Assembly (NCBI RefSeq): GCF_009914755.1
Contig: NC_060942.1
Length of the DNA: 64,000 nt
Source: the human T2T-CHM13v2.0 reference genome, Homo sapiens
Direction: 5' to 3' (one strand)
In this document: positions 13,649 to 27,355 of the stretch, piece after piece
Layout of the letters: each line of letters opens with the position of its first letter
Position numbering within the stretch: position 1 is the stretch's first letter
The notes under the pieces: model-generated
Database searches by the model: none
What the model was told of the DNA's origin: nothing
What the model saw: only the letters and a program-made list of their open reading frames with translations
Made by a program: the position numbers and the translations under genes

Positions 13649-14589
13649 AGATGCATTATTAGGTTATTTGAAGTTTTTGTTTCTTTTTGATGTAGACACT
13701 TATAACTATGAATTTCCCTCTTGGTGGTGCTTTTACTGTATCTCACACGTTTTGGAATGTTGTGTTTCCATTACTGTTTGTTTCAACAAATTTTTCAATT
13801 TTCTTCTTGATTCAGGAGCATACTGTTTAATTTCCATGTGTTTGTATAGTTTCCAAAATGCCTCTGGTTATTGATTTCTAGTTTGATTACACTGGGGTCA
13901 GAAAAGATGCATGATATTAGTTTCATTTTTTGAAATGTTTTAAAACTTGTGACCTAACCTATGGTCTATCCTTGAGAATGGTTCATGTCCTGAGGAGAAG
14001 AATTTGTATTCTGCAATCATTGGATGAAATGTACTGTAAATAGCTATTAGGCTTACTTGGTCTCTAACACAGACTAAATCTGATGTTTCTTTGTTGATTT
14101 TCTGTGTGGAGGATCCGTCCAATGCTGAAAGTGGGGTGTTGTCCAGCTGTTATCATATTGGTGTCTATCTCTTCCTTTAGCGCTAACAGTATTTGCTTTA
14201 TATGTCTGGGTGCTCCCACATTAGATGTGTGTATATTTTCAGTTGATGTATCCTCTGCTGAATTGACTCCTTATCATTATATAATAGACTTGTTTCTCTC
14301 CTGTTACAGTTTTGGTCTTTAAGTGTATTTTGTCTAATACAAGTATAGCTACTTCTGCTCTTTTTTTGTCTTCATTGGCATGGGGTATTTTTTTCTATCT
14401 TTTTGTTTTCAGTCCATGTGCATCTTTACAGGTGAGATATGGTTCTTGTGGGCAACAGATCATTGGGTCTCATGTTTTAATCTATTAAGACATTCTATGG
14501 CTTTGGATTGGAGATTTTAGACCACTTACATTCAATGTTATGATTGATAAGTAAGGACTTATTCCTGTCACTTTGTTATTTGTTTTCTG

Positions 14590-14628
14590 TTTTATTTTTA
14601 TTTTATTTTTTATTTATTTATTTATTTA

Positions 14629-14668
<40 letters not shown>
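14590..14668. repeat. (TTTA)n plus (TG)n microsatellite
   Basis: Read directly. Confidence 0.95.
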
Positions 14669-14670
<2 letters not shown>

Positions 14671-17600
14671 ATCTCTTTCTGTCTTCCTTTTAGTGAAGGT
14701 GATTTTCTCTAGTGATATATTTTCTTTCTTTTTATTTTTTGTGTTTCCACTGTATATTTTTCAATTTGAGGTTACCATGAGGCTTGCAAAGACTATCTTA
14801 TAACTCACTCTTTTAAATTGATGGCAACCTAATACTGATTGCATAAACAAACAAGCAAAATGCTAATAAAACTCTACACTTTGTCTCCTTGCTTTTTAAT
14901 TTTTTGTTGTTTCTCTGTGACTTATTGTACTTATTGTACTCTTGAAAAGTTGTGGTAGTTACTGCTTTTGAGTTGTTCATTGTTAAGTCTTTCTACTTAA
15001 GAGTAGTTTATAGATTACAATTACAGCGTTATAATATCCTGTGTTTTTCTGTGTGCTATTATCAGTGAGATTTGTACCTTCAGATCATTTCATATTGCTT
15101 ATTAACATCTTTTTCTTTCAAGTTGAAGAAATTCCTTTAGCATTTCTTGTAGGACATATCTGGTGTTGATGAAATCCCCTAAGTTTTGTGTATCTAGGAT
15201 GGGCTTTATTTCTCCTTCTTGCTTGAAATATATTTTCACTGGATATATCATTCTAGGGTAAAAGTTATTTTCCTTCAGCACTTTAAGTATATCATGCCAC
15301 TCTCTCCTGGCCTGTAAGGTTCCCACCGAAAACTCTGCTGCCAGACATATTGGAGCTTCATTGTATGTTATTTGTTTCTTTTCTCTTACTGCTTTTATGA
15401 TCCTTTCTTTATCCTTGATCTTTGGGAGTTTGCTTCCTTGAGGTAGTCTTCTTCAGGTTAAATCTCCTTGGTGCTCAATAAACCTTCTTGTGCTTGAATA
15501 TTGATATATTTATCTAGGTTTTGGAACTTCTCTGATAGTATCCCTTTAAATAAACTTTCTGTTCCTATCTTTTTCTCTACTTCCTCTTTAAGACCATTGA
15601 AATATTTGCCTTTTAAGTCTATTTTCTAGATCTTGTAAGTGTGCTTCATTGTTTTTTATTCCTTTTTTTTTTATTTCCTCCATGTATTTTCAAATAGCCT
15701 GCCTTCAAGTTCACTAATTCTTTCTTCTGCTCAATCAGTTTTGCTATTAAGGGACTCTGATGCATTCTTCAATATATCAATTGCATTTTTCATTTCCAGA
15801 ATTTCTGCTTGATTCTGTCTTGTTATTTTAATCTCTTTGTGAAATTTCTGATAGAATTCTGAATTTCTTTGCGGTGTTATCTTTAATTTTGTTGAGTTTC
15901 TTCAAAACAACTATTTTGAATTCTCTGTCTGAAAGGTCACATATCTCTGTTTCTGCAGAATTGATCCCTGGTGCCTTATTTAGTTCATTTGGTAAAGTCA
16001 TGTTTTCCTCGATGGTCCTGATGATTACAGATGTTCATCAATATCTGGGCATTGAAGAGTTAGGCATTTATTTTAGTCTTCACAGTCTGGGCTTGTTTGT
16101 GCCTGTTCTCCTTGGGAAGGCTTTCCAGGTATTTGAAGGAACTTGGGTACAAAGCCTAATAATGCAGTGGTTCTTGCAGACTCATAGAGGTACCACTATG
16201 GTGGCCTTAGATTTAATCTGAAAAACTTCTCTGGGTTACCATGCAGAAACTCTCATTCATTTTCCTTACTTTGTCTCAAACGAAATTTCTCTTTCTGTGC
16301 AGAGTCACCTGGAACTGGGGTTGGGGGCACACAAGCACTCCTGTGGCTACCACCACTAGGAATGTGCTGGTTCAGATCTGAAGCAAACACAACACTGGGT
16401 CTTGTCTATGGCCTGCTGTAACCACTACCTGGCTACCACCTATGTTCACTCAAGGATGTAGGATTCTATGATCAGCAAGTGGGCAAGCCAGTCATGTTTG
16501 TTCTCCTCCCTTCAGAGTGGCAACTTCCCTCAGGCCCTGGGTAGGTCCAGGGATGCTGTCTAGGAACCAGGGGTTGAAGTCAAAAACCTTAGAAATTTAC
16601 TTGATGTTCTCTTCTACTATGGTTAAGCTGGCACTCAAACCACAAAAGAGTCATTCCCACTCTTCCCTCCCCTGTCCATAGACAGAGGAGCCTCTCCCTG
16701 TGGCCACCACTACCACCAGCCCACACGGGATTCTTCCAGGCCACCACTGATATTCACTTAAAGCCCAAAGGCTCTTCTGTCAGCTTTTGGTAAATGCTGT
16801 CAGGCCTGAGACCCACACTTCAGGGCAGTGGGTTCCCGTCTGGACAATGGCAGGTCCAGACATGCTATCCAAGATTATATGCCTGGACTCAGTGACTCCA
16901 AGTGTCCACTTGGTGCTTTACCCCACTGTGGCCAAAGCTGGTACCTAAAGTGCAAGACAAAGTCCCCTTTACTTTTCCCTCTGCTTTCCTCAAACAGAAG
17001 GAGTCTTTCATCATAGCCACCACAGCTGGGAATGTGCTGGATCACATCTGAAGCCACAACTTCTCAGGGCTCTAGGTCCTTGGCATACTAACTTGACATC
17101 ACTGTTGGTTATTAAGGGCTTAAGAGCTCTTTAGTCAGCAGGTGATGAGCCCTGCTATGACTGGATTCTTCCTGTCTAGGCAGCAGTTCCCTCTTGGACC
17201 ATGGTGTGTCTAAAATGTCATTTTTGAGATAGGCCCCAGAATGTGGCCTTACAACTCTGCCCAGTGCCCTTTTCTACTGTGGTTGAGCTGATATCCAAGA
17301 TGCAAGACAAAGTCCTCTTTCCTCTTCTCTCTCCTCACCTCAAGCAGAAGGAAGGAGTCATTTTTGTTGCTGCAAGCTGCACTGCCTGGGGTTGGGAGAA
17401 GAGGGCCGCAAGCACTCCTTTAGCCTCCCCATCTGGTATCTCCCTAGGTCACATGCCATCCGAATCTACTGGCTCTAAGCCCAGCCCAGGACTAGGAATT
17501 GCCTAGGAATTGAAGTCTTTGTGTCCTACAGTGCCTTTTGAGTTTACTTAGAACCCCAGAGCGCTTTGGACCATGGTGGCAAGGCCTGCCAAGAAACTTG

Positions 17601-18157
17601 AGCTCTGACTGCTAGAATAGGTGATTCCCCTCTGGCTAGGCTCGTCCAAATTCTCTGTCCATGAATGGGCACCAGCTGAGTCCAGCAGGGCTTAGCTGTG
17701 CACTGTGACAGGGCAGCACTGAGTTCAATGTAAAGTCCCCCAGTCGCTGTGCTGTCTGTCCCACAATTGCACAGACTCTCTCTGTGTGCATCTTGCATTA
17801 CCTGGCAGGCTAAGAGCTCCCCTTCTAATGTCACTTGCCTAAGACAAGGTCCCATAGCTGTAGCGTATTCGTTGTCTTTTTTCCTGTCTATTGGAGGAGG
17901 GGGGTCAGACAAAACCTCTGTTTCCTCTGCTGGGAAAAGGGGGAGGGATGGTGTTGATGATTCAAGACTATCTCCTACCCTCTTCAGAGTCTCTTTAGCG
18001 ATATGAAGTTAAAACCATGCACTGTGAGTGCCCACCTGATTTTTGGTTCTTCTGATGGTGCTTTTTGGTGCATAGTTGGTTGTTAAAATTTGGTGTGTGT
18101 CAGCGGGGATGGCAAATGTAGCCTTCTATTCAGCCATCTTACTCTGCTCTCCTCTTC

Positions 18158-18256
18158 CTTTAAAAATTATTTTGCTTAGCTGTTTTTGCTTGTAGGTCCC
18201 ACAAAAACAGGCATTGGACTAGATTTTGCCCTTTAGCTATAGTTTGCTGCCTTCTG
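18158..18256 (+). mobile_element. MER58B right portion
   Basis: CACAAAAACAGGCATTGGACTAGATTTTGCCC...TAGTTTGCTGCCTTCTG matches the MER58 3' terminus. Confidence 0.7.
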
Positions 18257-20059
18257 CCACTGACTGCTTCAAGATGATAGCAGTGCCCTCCTAGGCTCTT
18301 CTAGGGTAATCTGAGCAGGAGCAGACTGGAGTGGAGTAGCCATGGTAAATGCATATGAGAACACGGGCATGTTGAATGAAAGGCAAGATTTCAAGTCAGA
18401 CAGAAGCTTGAAACAGTATTGCAAACTCAGTGCTGAATTTGATCACTAATTAAGACCTTGTAGATTCTTTGTGCTTTTATCTAAATCCTGTTATCACTCT
18501 GCAACTTTTAGGACTAATTAATGCAGGCTCATCTATCCTTGTACTACCTCTTCTAGCATTTAGAAACAATCATCAATGGTTTTTTTTTTTAAAACTATCA
18601 TCAACATGTATTTGCAGAAATGGAGAGCCAAACATATTATTTTCTATCCTTTGTGCTGCCTAATGCTTTATATTAGGTTTATTCCATCTGTGTCATCTTA
18701 GCTGCAAAAGGTAGTTCCAGCAAAAGGTGAAGGTGTTCAGAGATTGATACTATGCAATTAAGACTTAAGGATACTAATCTTAAACTTTTATTTTTAGATC
18801 TTGTCCACGATGATAGAATCGAGGGTCACTTCCCCTCTTATTCATTAACGAATGTTTTAAAAAGTTGCTTACAAATTATATAATCTTTAATGCTTTTATA
18901 ATACAATCCCTGTGGATACCAGAGAATATCATTTCCAAGTCACAATTTTAGGCAATTGTTTATCTCAACTTCTAGATATTTTTTCCCTCAAAATGTCAAA
19001 ATTTGGAATATCCAGTTTCATAGTATAGCTTATCCAACTTTTAATAGTAATTATTAATGTCATGATTTTTTAAATCCAATTTTTCTCAGAATTAGTTTGC
19101 AGCCTCTGTATCAGCCCAAACCATCTGCTCTTAGATCTGTTGGTTTTTCCAAGTAGGAGACCTTTCTTATGGTTTTCACTGAAGTAATACAGCACTTTCA
19201 TTTTGGCAGGGGGAAACTGGGTTTAGCCTTTGAAAGAAAGTCTCTTAAGACACTGAAAATGCACTTTCAATTAGTAAAATTAGCCTTTATCACTTAATAA
19301 ATGAAGTGAGTCTCTTTATCCATTTTATATCACAAAGAATTAAAATCTCCTGTCCTTTGTTTTAATTGGTGATTGAAAATACTTTTTCATCTAAATGTAT
19401 TAGCACTGAGCATGCCCTCCCCTGTTGTGCTTCCTGTTTGAAAAGCTAATTAAATGGTCTCATTGCTGATTGGCTGGAAGCCTATACAACTTCCTGGCTG
19501 CAGGCCATTAACACCCTGGCCAGAAGTGCTGACAAAAAGATGAAGAGATTTACACCCTCTGATTTCTGTATTAACAACAAGGACAAAACAGTATGTGGTC
19601 TTCTCAGTGGATAATACAATTTAAAGATAGGATTTCTTTTTCCACAGGTGCATTTGTCTCTGAAAATTAGCAGTTCAGCTTGGTGTGAATAATAAGGCAT
19701 CTTCTCTGATGAGTTTGAATCATATTAAAAAATCTGTTATGGACAAGTTCAAGGTTTATAAGACTATTACCATTTCTCTAAATGAAAGAACCCAAGTCAG
19801 CTTATTTCTAGATCTATGTTCTGATTACTTAAAAAAAGTACTGGAAATAACAAGTATGAAAAGTGTTCTATTCTATAAAGGCAAAATACATACATATATA
19901 TAAATATTGCAAAAAACATTTTTCTTAATTATGTCAGTTATTTAACATAAAATTACTTTTTAACAACAAAAAACAATGCCCTGTGATAAGATTGCTTTTC
20001 CCAATGAATTCACCACTGGTTTTAATAGTTTACCATATATTTTAGCAAGAAAACATGTG

Positions 20060-20260
20060 AAGCAAATGTGTATGTGTATATACAGAAGCCCACATAAAAA
20101 TAGAGGGATATATGTATATATTTGACTAGACTTTTGCATATATAAGTATACATATACACACACCCCTCTTTACACAGATATCTATATATACACACACATA
20201 TATATACATACAAGCACATGTATGAATATTAATCATGCACATAAATACACATATAAACAT
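20060..20260. repeat. Degenerate TA/CA-rich low-complexity tract
   Basis: Read directly. Confidence 0.7.
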
Positions 20261-22959
20261 GTCACAATATAATACATAATATAACCAATTTAATTGGCTT
20301 TTCAAACAGGAAGCTCAACAGGGGAGGGAATGCTCAGCACTAATGCATTTAGATGGAAATGTGTTTTCAATCATCAATTAAAGATTAGATGTGGAGAACC
20401 TCTAATATATAAGATATGGAACTAGGAATTGGAGATGGGGTAAAAATCTTTACTTTTTCATATTCATTATATATTCTTTCATAAAAGGAAATGATTGAAT
20501 ATATTTGATCAGTAAGGCCCTTTCTAGCTTTAAAGTGATAAATCTAAGATTTGTATATATTCAGATCCCTTTCATTAAACCACTAGGGAGTTCTGAAAAT
20601 GATAGTAGATGAGTATGGAAGGACAGAAAGAAGTAACGAATGAAATATCAGGCTTTCAATAATTAATCAGCCAATAGCCATTGACCACATACTACTCTAA
20701 ATGTGCTGTGCTAGGCTGAGACTACAAAACAACTGAAGTCTCATTCTTACTTGTGAGAAGCTTATAGAATGATTTTGGACAGGTATGTAGCTATTGACAT
20801 GAAAGCCATCAAGGTAAAGCAGGGATTGAGAAGTGGGGTAGAAAATTTATAATTGGGTTCTACGTTTCAGAAACAGAAGTCACTTTACAAAATATAGAGT
20901 GTACTGTAAATCTTGTTTGTACAGTTAATTGCTTACAAAACATTTATTAGTTGTTTCAAAGAGAATCCAACCCTTTAGGGTTGAAATTATTATAAGTTTT
21001 AAATTCTGAATTACCATAATGAATTTTTCATAAATTGAGGTCATCACCAAAATATTCTGCAATGAAAAGGACCAGTCATCAGAACTTTAAGATGAAGTCA
21101 TTCAATTGAAGCAGAATATTTTAGAGTTATCTTAATAGATGGTCCTTTGCCTAAATGCACAAAACAAAAATAATTCTTACTGTGATCAGACTTAAAACAA
21201 GGAGAGTGTTATTTGGTGTTTTTACTATGCAAGACAGTGTGAATATCCAAAGAAATATAGAGTACTATATCTGACCTTCAGCAAGCTAAAATTTAATTGG
21301 ATGAAAATATGGTATCTGTACCAATAAATAGCTGCTGATTTCCAAATGAGTGTCAATGAAACTAAGATCTATGCAATATCAACAAAGAAAATAGAAAAAT
21401 AGATTTGATTTGGTTTTAGGAGTTTGAGTTAAATTCCGATATTTTAGCTGTGCATTCAACAAATATTTACTGAGTGTCTGCTGTGTACCAGGCAAAGAGG
21501 ATGCAATGTTGAGCAATTCCAACCAAGGCTTAACCCTTATGAGTTGGGAAAGAGCAAACTAATTGAACACAGGGTTGGAGCCAGAGGGAGGCATAGCTGG
21601 TGAGGTATACAGGAAAATATAAAGTCATGCTTAGGAGCTCAATGAGAAGACTAGTGGGGATAGAACATATGGTTACTGATAAAGAAATATAGGAAACAAG
21701 AATTCCTAGTAAATGATTTCATAAAACCGCCTAAAACAGCTCACTATGGTACATATCAGGTAAGAAATTTGGAAAATATTGATGTGTTATGATATTCCCA
21801 GATTTAAGCTTAAAGTTAGGTTAACACTTTGTAAATTTACTAGTGAGAGATTACCTTGAAGACATACCTCACATATCACTCATAGGTGGCCCCAGATTGA
21901 TGAACTCTGTTGGTATCTTAATAGATAGTTCTATATCTAAGACTCAGTTCCATAGCAATTTTCCAAAAGGACAAACTACAATTACAATAAAATATCGATA
22001 TGTGTCTCAAATACTGTTCTGATGTAGAAGTATCTATGCGTCACTTTAAATATCATCTCAAATCCCCAAATTCTGAGGCTAAGAGAAGAGTAAAATATAT
22101 GAAAAGAGTTTGCCTCAAAGGACACAAACTTTGATTCAAAGCAAAGTCATAGAACCTGGCAAAATTTAACATAAATTCAGCTGTTTTAAATGTATGTTCT
22201 TGATCTTCTCTTCCTTGAAAAGCGGAATGACTTTAAAATAGCAATATTTAGACAACCTTTGGGAACCAGAGTTCTATCTACAAAACCAATTAAATCAGTG
22301 TAAATGGTGTAAAATTAATAAGAAGGCTCAATAAATGACAAGATAGCTTAGTTATAAGCAAAGGAAATAATAATTTCATGTTCAAATTAATGCTCAAATT
22401 AACTTGAGTCGGTCAGATTTCTGTAATATTGGGGTTTTCATTGACTTCTCTCTTACCATAAGTCCCTAGGCTTGTTTTTAAGCTCCTCTATTAAGAACCC
22501 TGATGATAAATGTTGCCTGGTGAACTCTGCATTTTCTACTAGACAGGCAGCTCCCTTAGGGCAATGATGGGGAATGTTTATAATTTGCTTCAGTAGCTTC
22601 AGTGTCTGGTGTGTCTATTACATTAGTTTTGTTAAATTATGTCCTGAATGATTGACATAAATTATGTCATGAATGAATGACATGGATGAATGTAAAGTCT
22701 GACCACATATTAGGTTGTTTAAACATAGAATCACAAAGTAATGTATTTTTATAAATGATAGAAACCTTGGGGGTCAACCTCTCTAACCTTTTTCATTTTT
22801 GAGATTCAGAGATTGACATTGAATAATTAGCCTCTTACTCCTGTTTAATTTTTAACCATATCTCTTGCTCACATGTATTATATTTTTTGCTATCTTCCAT
22901 ACCACTGCATTTTTATACCTACATAACCTAAGCAAAATCACAGCCTAAATATTTTACTT

Positions 22960-23400
22960 GGAAACTGAGGTTTGTTCTTGACCCATCCCTTTTCCTCATA
23001 AACATATTCAACATTCAATAGGTTCTGTTCATTATACATCAAAATATAGCTAGACTTTCTCCTTTCTTCCATCCCACTATTACCTTACTTGTCTATTTCC
23101 TTTTGCCTTGACTGCTGTTAAGTTTCTCTCTGAGATTCCTGCTTCCACTCTTGTATTCACCACCACCACCTCAAACTATTCTCTATACAGCAGCCAGAAT
23201 GATCTTCCAGATATGTAAATCTGATCACGTCATTTCCTTGCTTAAAATCCCTTAATAACATCTCAGTGTGGTTGAAATAAAATGCAGACTTACTAAAGTG
23301 GTGGATGACATCTGAATTATCCACCCTGCTTACAGCCCCAGGTTAATCTTTTGCCATGTTCCTCTTGGCCCACTGAGCTTCAAAGCCCATGTCCTATTGA
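22960..23400 (+). mobile_element. L2 fragment
   Basis: ACAGCAGCCAGAATGATCTT...AAATCTGATCACGTCATTTCCTTGCTTAAAATCCCT. Confidence 0.65.
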
Positions 23401-25309
23401 ACCACGCATCTTTTAAATAAATACTTCTTGATGCTTTAATACTTCTTTTTAAGTTCATGGATATTACCATCAGGAAAGGTCATAAACAAGCTTGGAAGCA
23501 ATGTTGTTGCTGATTCTATAAAAACTGCATAAGTACCCTGACACTTGAGGTTTAAAGCTGTTCTGAAGGGATAATTTACTTCCTACCACACATACCTGCA
23601 GCCAGATAGTGGCCCCAAAGAAGCAGGGTAGAAATATATCTGACTTCCCAGGTGTGTCCTTTCCCCATCTTTCTTCTCAGACTAGGTGTCATGTGATATA
23701 ACTGGACCCAGGAGAATGACCCCACAACTGAAAGATTTTTATGAAGGATGATTTACTATTCTCCAACGTACTGACATTTTTCTACAGCCCAATCATTGCT
23801 GGGGAGTAAGTACAGAACAAAATGTGTTGAGATAAAAGATCATTTCAGGCTTTTGTGGTGAGCTTTGATTCTGGTGAGTTTGAGACACATTTCAGACTAT
23901 AAACTTTAGCGTCAAACATTGTCATTTTCCCTTCGAGTGGCTATTATATCATGTTATTCTGGGTCAGGTTATCAAAAATTTGGTAATTCTTAAACAAGTT
24001 TTGATTTTTTCAGAGTCTCAGTAGAGAAGGTTGAAAATCACACAAGTTACATAGTTAAGCAGAAATATTTTGGTTTTCCATTTTCATTGTGCAAATGCAT
24101 GCACAGTATGAAAATGCATTTTATTAGCTCCAATTTTCCCCCAGTAGGTACTTCCAAATTGAAATTAAAATTATATAGATTTACCAGAAGTCTTTAATCT
24201 AAATTATTATTTCTGTTGGGATTTCTGGCTTCTTATTTTACAAAATGGATTTTACGGGGAGGAAAAATATATTAAAATTATAAGAGGAAAAAATTGACTC
24301 CTTTTGGTATATTTGATGTGAATCTTAGCTATTACCAAATTAACTTTAATGAATTATATAATACGGAATAAAGGCTTTGGGCAGACTACTCTCTCTACTG
24401 CATCTTTGTATTGAAAACTTGTTTCATTTAGGCTTCTCCTTTTTTTTGTCTCTCTCTAAAGATTTTGAATATAGCACTCAGGCACATGTCTTTGGCAGGA
24501 AAAAAAATCACTTATATTGAGAAGAGGGTAGTCCTATGAAACAAATGTAGAGTAAAAAGTATTGCCAGAGAATCTCAGCAGGGCCATTTACAGCCATATG
24601 AAGGCAAAAGCTTATATTAATAAACCTAATACAGTGCCTGGTATGTATTCAATGACTGCCACTGGGAAGAAGAAAAATAGGAACTTGGGTTAATAGACGG
24701 TCAGATAGAAGATCATTTAATCCTTTGGGTAACATGCTCAATTAAAAGTTTGAAACAATTATAACCCAATAAATTCTTGTTTCAATGACCTTTGAAATGA
24801 ATAGGGAAATGTCTTGCCAAGTTTCTTTGTTTATGAAAATCCTTGTTAGGGTTTTGTAATGTTTCCTTCAGAAAATATGCTGGATGTGAATTCTGTATTC
24901 CTACCTTGGAATTCTGAAATCCAGAAGATTGAATCATTTTCTGAACAGTAACAGGACTTAACTATAACATAGCACAAGTTGTTACATAACATGATATAAC
25001 ATGTTAATATACCGGAAACATATGTTACTATCTGTTAATTAATTTGGGTATTAGTCAATATTTATTGAGTGCTACTGTGTACCTAGGGAATAATACCAAA
25101 ACACAGGAGTCATAGATTCCCCCCTCATGAAGATCACAGTACTTCTGTAGTCAAAACACACAAGGCTTATAATACAATTTAAAAAAAACAGTATCAGGCT
25201 CTCTTATGAAGGAGAAAAAACATAAGTTTTCGAACTCACTGCTTCCCATTATTTACTGACTTACTTGCCATCTCTAAAAACATGTGCAGTCTTTAGATTC
25301 ACTGTTTTT

Positions 25310-25639
25310 TCTTTACACATGTTGCTTCTCTGTCTAGAATGTCCTTTTGTATCTTGGGCATCTGGTGAACTCCCATTCTTTATTCCAGACCCAGCCATAG
25401 TCCACCATTTCTGAAGCTCTTTTCTGATTATTGATTTCCCAATAGGCATCACTGAGGATTACGCTATCTTTGCTCCACCAGCGTCTTTCATTTTTGTCAC
25501 AGTGCGCTATGCTATATATTTGCCTTTCCTACTAGACTATGAACTCTTTGAGGAAAGAAACTGGTACTGTTCATCACTGTATTCCTCAGGCAATTAGGAT
25601 GATCCCTGGCACATATTAGATGTCCAATAAATGCTGACT
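25310..25639 (+). mobile_element. L2 3' fragment
   Basis: CTAGACTATGAACTCTTTGAGG...CCTGGCACATATTAGATGTCCAATAAATG. Confidence 0.6.
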
Positions 25640-26258
25640 GACTCTGGATTCCCCAGAAACAGGACACATACACACACACACACACACACATGCATACACA
25701 CAATATAAGTATGTATTTATATTATTTTTATATATTAATATATGTTTATGTGATATATAAATATTTTATATAATATATAGGATCTATCCATCTATTTAGA
25801 AAGATAAATAGAGACAGAGAAAGAGATTGATCACAAGGAATTGGCTCACATGGTTCTGGAGGCTTAGAAGTCCTAGTATCTATAATTGGCAAGCTGGAGA
25901 CCCAGGAGACATGATGGTATAGTTCCAGTTAGAATCTGAAGGCCTCAGAACCAGGAGACTTGATGGTGAAAGTTCCAGTTCAAGTCTCAGTTCAAAGGCA
26001 AGAGAAGACTAATGTCCCAGCTCAAGCAGTCAGGCAGAAGATGAATTTTCTTTTATTCTGCTTCTTGTTCTATTTGGGCCTTTAACGGATTGGATAAAGC
26101 CCACCTACACTGGGGAAGACATTGTTTTATTCAGTCTATTGATTTAAATTTTAATTTTATCTAGAAACACCCTTATAGACACATCCAAAATAATGTTTGG
26201 CCAAAAGGCTGGGTGCCCCACGGCCCAGTCAAGGTGACACGTAGAATTAGTCACCACA
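25640..26258 (-). mobile_element. MLT2-type (ERVL) LTR with internal CA/TA simple repeat
   Basis: AAGGAATTGGCTCACATGGTTCTGGAGGCT...CCCAGTCAAGGTGACACGTAGAATTAGTCACCACA; CTGAC on both sides. Confidence 0.8.
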
Positions 26259-27056
26259 CTGACTGACTGACTGAATGAGTGGGTGATCTGGGAATTCTCA
26301 TTAAGTAATGCAGTCAGTGCAGGTAGGGGTGCATGGAAGAAGAACCTTGATAAAATAGGGAAAGGGTGGTGACAGTGATGTGATGAAAAACAGAAGATCA
26401 TACCAACTTAAAGAGTTTGCTTTTCTGCTTTTGAAGGATTTGCCTATCCTGAATTGTGCATACTTCCAAGTAGGCCCAACAAATATCAGCCGTATTCACA
26501 ATCAACTTTTATGAGCATTGCAACCATTCATTAGCCATGTGTAATGAGATTTTTAGCTTAATAGAAAGCCTCAGCCTGAATTCTGTAAAACTATTCATTA
26601 CTATTGATTATAAACCAATCTCAGGTTTTTGTATTAAGAATTTTATATGCAGAAGAATTAAAATTATTGTCAAAGCTTGTAGAGGTAAACATGTCTTCAT
26701 GAAATCAATATGCTCGTGAAGAGTTGCTTGCAAATTTCACTGAATATAATGCACTGAATAGAGTATTAGAAACATTAGGAAAGTTTCCTTTTGTATTTTT
26801 AAAGATATGCTTGTTTTAGAAAAAAATGAGCAATATAATTTTCGCTCATTTAAAAAAAGTTTATTAACATAATTTTCTATGGATGTATAATGTTATGTAC
26901 AGTGGATATACTATAATTTGCTTAACCAATTACCAATTGTGCAATTAGCCCATTTTATATTTTTTACTATTTTAAATAACAATATTGAATACATATGTAA
27001 CTTTTCTTTTTGTATACTTATGTATGGATTCCTAGAAGAAAAATTGAGTTAAATTG

Positions 27057-27355
27057 GTTTTTTTGTTTGTTTTGGGACAGACTGTTGCTGTGTTGCCCAG
27101 GCTGGAGTGCAGTGGCGCAATCTTGGCTTATGGCAATCTCGGCCTCCTGGGCTCAAGTGATTCTCATGCCTCAGCCTCCCGAGTAGCTGGAATTAAAGGC
27201 GCACACAACCACACTTGGCTCATTTTTGTACTTTTAGTTGAGTCGAGGTTTCACCTTGTTGGCCAGGCTGGTCTCAAACTCTTGACCTCAGGTGATTCGC
27301 CTGCTTAGGCCTCCCAAAGTGCTAGGATTACAGGTGTGAGCCACTGCACCCAGCC
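27057..27355 (-). mobile_element. Alu (S-like)
   Basis: Antisense dimer; TSD GTTAAATTG. Confidence 0.95.

Larger units (their letters stand above)
11166..18155 (-). mobile_element. Near full-length decayed L1 (L1MA-like): 5'UTR, ORF1, internally deleted ORF2, 3'UTR
   Basis: Minus ORFs 12240-12458 (HMKKCSTS...MRYHL, ORF2 C-terminus), 13940-14122 (FSRIDHRLGHK, endonuclease) and 15102-15326 (TLQARREWHDILKVLKENNFYPR, ORF1); GC-richer 5'UTR at ~16200-18155. Confidence 0.92.

Noticed and set aside
16400-17400. ~350 bp imperfect repeats (TGCAAGACAAAGTCC...CAGAAGGA)
   Set aside because: Most likely the intrinsic tandem structure of old L1 5'UTRs rather than a local event.
22633-22683. 25 bp tandem duplication (similar tiny ones near 4395, 7700, 14920) and a small hairpin at 24079-24116
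   Set aside because: Short slippage products are ubiquitous; not counted as notable.
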